DNA of 61,284 nucleotides, counting the filler, from Nemertoderma westbladi (Eukaryota > Animalia > Xenacoelomorpha): assembly GCA_032718475.1 (NCBI GenBank). It is 3 parts of 3 records of this genome, joined end to end, with 100 filler letters (N's around TTAATTAATTAA, not from the genome) between each part and the next. Parts side by side here need not be neighbours in the genome. Positions count along the whole stretch, not along the records: positions 51,814 to 61,284 come from JAUCBJ010002754.1; 2 more parts are not named here. One strand, written 5' to 3'. Numbering within the stretch: position 1 is the stretch's first letter; the number at the start of each line of letters is the position of its first letter. Shown here piece by piece: positions 58,901-61,284 of this stretch. The position numbers and the translations under genes were made by a program. The notes beneath the pieces were generated by a model. The model had not been told where the DNA came from. It did no database searches and saw nothing but the letters and a program-made list of their open reading frames with translations.

Positions 58901-61284
58901 TTCGTTCTTATATTTTTTGGTATAAATTACCACTGCTTTTATATGTATTTATCTATTTCTTATATTTTCTTAAAAGTTCGTTTTCATTTTCTTAATTCCT
59001 TCTCAAATATATTTCTTTATTTTCCAATATTAATTAGTTTTTGATGAACTTGTTTCGTTTGCCATTCTATAACAAACAACCAACTCCTGCAGGTTGAGAA
59101 ACGTCGACATACAGACTCTTCTGACGTCATTGGACCTACTATAGTTCATTGTAGCGCCGGGGTAGGTCGAACCGGTGCCTTCATTGCCATATCTATAGGA
59201 ATGCTACAGCTTATGGAGACGGGATACGCCGATGTTCTAAGAATTATTTGTCATATGAGGAAACAAAGGTTAGTTAGTTAGATCTGGACCTAACGTATAT
59301 ATGCTGTACAGTAGGTTAACCAAAGTTACCCAAAGATAGACCTTTTTTCGGCTAGTTTGATCCACCAAAACTAGCAACAATGATATATTATAATATAAAT
59401 TACTGTAGTATAATAAATCCTACTGTACTGTTGTACTTTATAATGCAATATTATGCAAGGCCACACCACTGGGGGCTGCCTCTGAACGCGGCCCCATTTT
59501 TTTTATTAATGCCATTTCATTCTGTTCTCCAACTATCTGGTGCCATTTTAGTCAAATTAACATTGATTCCTGTGGCAAGAATGTATATTCATAGTTAATA
59601 ATGTGTGTGCCAAGGGCCTCCATAACTTCAACAACATAAGTTTGCTTTGCTTTACCTTTCATGGAAACACTGATAATTTCCAGAAGGGATTTCTTTCACG
59701 GATTTTAATATCAACTTACACTTATCCACTGCATAATCGCGACCCGATTGAACAACGGAATATAGTGGGTTTGAATCATCAGACATGAACTCCCACTTAC
59801 ACCCAGACTTGATGTCCATATTATACGTTTCACATAAGTGCGAGAATGAGATCTTCATTTGGCCCATATCCGCAGGCGGTTTACAGTACTACTACTGTAT
59901 AATCGGCCTGCTGCATTGCAGCTGCACATTGAGATGCTACTGTATGCCGACTGAAACAAAAATATTTTTGCCCCCACCATGCTATCGACAATTAGCATGC
60001 TACAATGCAACTTGGAATAAGAATGCTATGCCGGCTTATCAACAAAGTCGCACCGCCCACCCACAACTCCCTATCCCCCATAACTTTCGCGAGAATATCC
60101 GAATCTTCAAAGTCAGTGTCCTTTAAGATGCGTCTCAAGAAAGTCATGGGCTGTCCGCCATGCGTATTCACTCCATGAGGCTGCCAAAACACACGATTAT
60201 TAACTGGCTGGTCATCACGGCGAAAGCAATGTCCTGTAAAGCGGAGGCGTCTTTGTTCTAGTGTCAAGCTTGAGGGAACCAATGAGACACCTCCAATGTT
60301 ATATAGTGTCTGATTCGAGATGTGTGCATTGTACTTGACACAGTGAACCCAGCGTAGCATTCTTGTGAATGTGCCATCCCGAGATTTGGTGTCCTCAGCA
60401 GTTAGAGCCCAGCATGGACTCCCATAGAGGAGTACTGGAACTACTGCTGCTCTAAATAACCGGACCTTAAGATTAATTCTCGGATTAATTCTCGGTGACT
60501 TCCAAATCCTGGAAAGCCTATTCAAGGCTGCCCATGCCTTTCCCTTACGTATTCGAAGGTCCTCACCTGACTTCCGGATCCATGATCCCAGGTAACAGAA
60601 GTCATCCACATTCTCAAGCATACCATCCTTTGAGCTTATGCTCATACGAGCAGACATTTCCTGAGGACTTTCAAAGTTAACTATCAACATTTTGGTCTTT
60701 TTGGAGTTAATAAAAAGACCAACTAACACTAGTAGCAGCCTGTTCTAATGAGCTGAAGAGCCGTTGTGCTCACTGTAGTGATTCTGAGAGTACTCATTAG
60801 TACTCTCAGTTCTCATTAGTCATTAGCAAAGTCTTAAGATCAGTAAGGTACAGTACTTTGTTGGATTTCCTCGACTTCAGGAGCCAGTGGGAGGTATTAG
60901 CATCACCCCATCGTCATTATCATGATATAAGGACATGCGTAGGACATAGTCAACCACACTTATGAATAAGAATGGTGAGAATCTGCCATACTGGAGAATC
61001 TCCCCATGAAATTTCGAATAGATTTGTGTTCCACCTAACGGGATCGAGATGCCACTAATTTACCTTATCACATCGGATGTGCTATACTGTACTTGTCGCT
61101 TCCTGTATAAAGTTTCGCGGTGTCTGTATTGTAAAAAAAATTTCTGAACTCTTCGTTTTTTCTACACAGGGGTGGATTGGTTCTAAATGTGGAGCAATTC
61201 GGATTTATTTATAAAGCCTTGCAAAGATTTATCGACATTTATATGAAAGATGGAAAACCCTTCCCCGTGACTAATTCCGGCGAA
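55961..61284 (+). CDS. Classical protein-tyrosine phosphatase (PTPRR/PTPN5/PTPN7-like); exons 55961-56128, 59093-59268, 61170-window end
   Basis: HYWFKDWPDHGAP (WPD loop), IVHCSAGVGRTGAFIA (P loop), MRKQR/GGLVLNVEQFGFIY (Q-loop position). Exon phases are compatible. Confidence 0.88.
57258..58829. mobile_element. Non-autonomous piggyBac-type element
   Basis: TTAA on both sides, termini CCCTATTAGTACCGGG / CCCGGGTTTAATAGGG, subterminal GGGGTCATATTGACCCC at both ends, internal ~165 bp tandem repeats. Confidence 0.88.
59887..60977 (-). mobile_element. Second, more decayed 5'-truncated RTE copy
   Basis: ORF 59992-60729 is nearly identical to the C-terminal half of the 20669 ORF, with the same GCAGCTGCAATGCAGCA 3' UTR and (AGT)n tail. 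Confidence 0.92.

Overview
AT-rich, repeat-dense eukaryotic DNA, most likely from an invertebrate animal, with two scaffold gaps. Host genes supported by the sequence: ADAT2 (5' end), intronless LSM2, a small single-pass membrane ORF, APEX1 (5 exons on the minus strand, last exon not found), intronless SLC25A11 nested antisense in an APEX1 intron, the 3' exons of a nucleoredoxin with an intronless gelsolin/severin-like gene nested antisense in its intron, a degenerate mucin + fibrinogen-domain gene, and 3' exons of a PTPRR/PTPN5/7-like tyrosine phosphatase. The standout is a ~12.4 kb BEL/Pao LTR element with ~98%-identical 1.14 kb LTRs. It keeps Gag and protease, has lost RT, most of RNase H and the integrase core through frame-preserving deletions, and carries an unexplained ~510-codon non-env accessory ORF in a 3 kb cassette lying between two PPT-like junctions. 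Other mobile DNA: RTE LINE copies, a CRE 3' end, a Penelope GIY-YIG end, a GalEa-type Copia, a Crypton tyrosine-recombinase relic and a Crypton-like hairpin element, piggyBac-type and Tc1/mariner-type non-autonomous elements, and a tRNA-derived SINE. All family calls come from manual translation and motif recognition; no database search was run.
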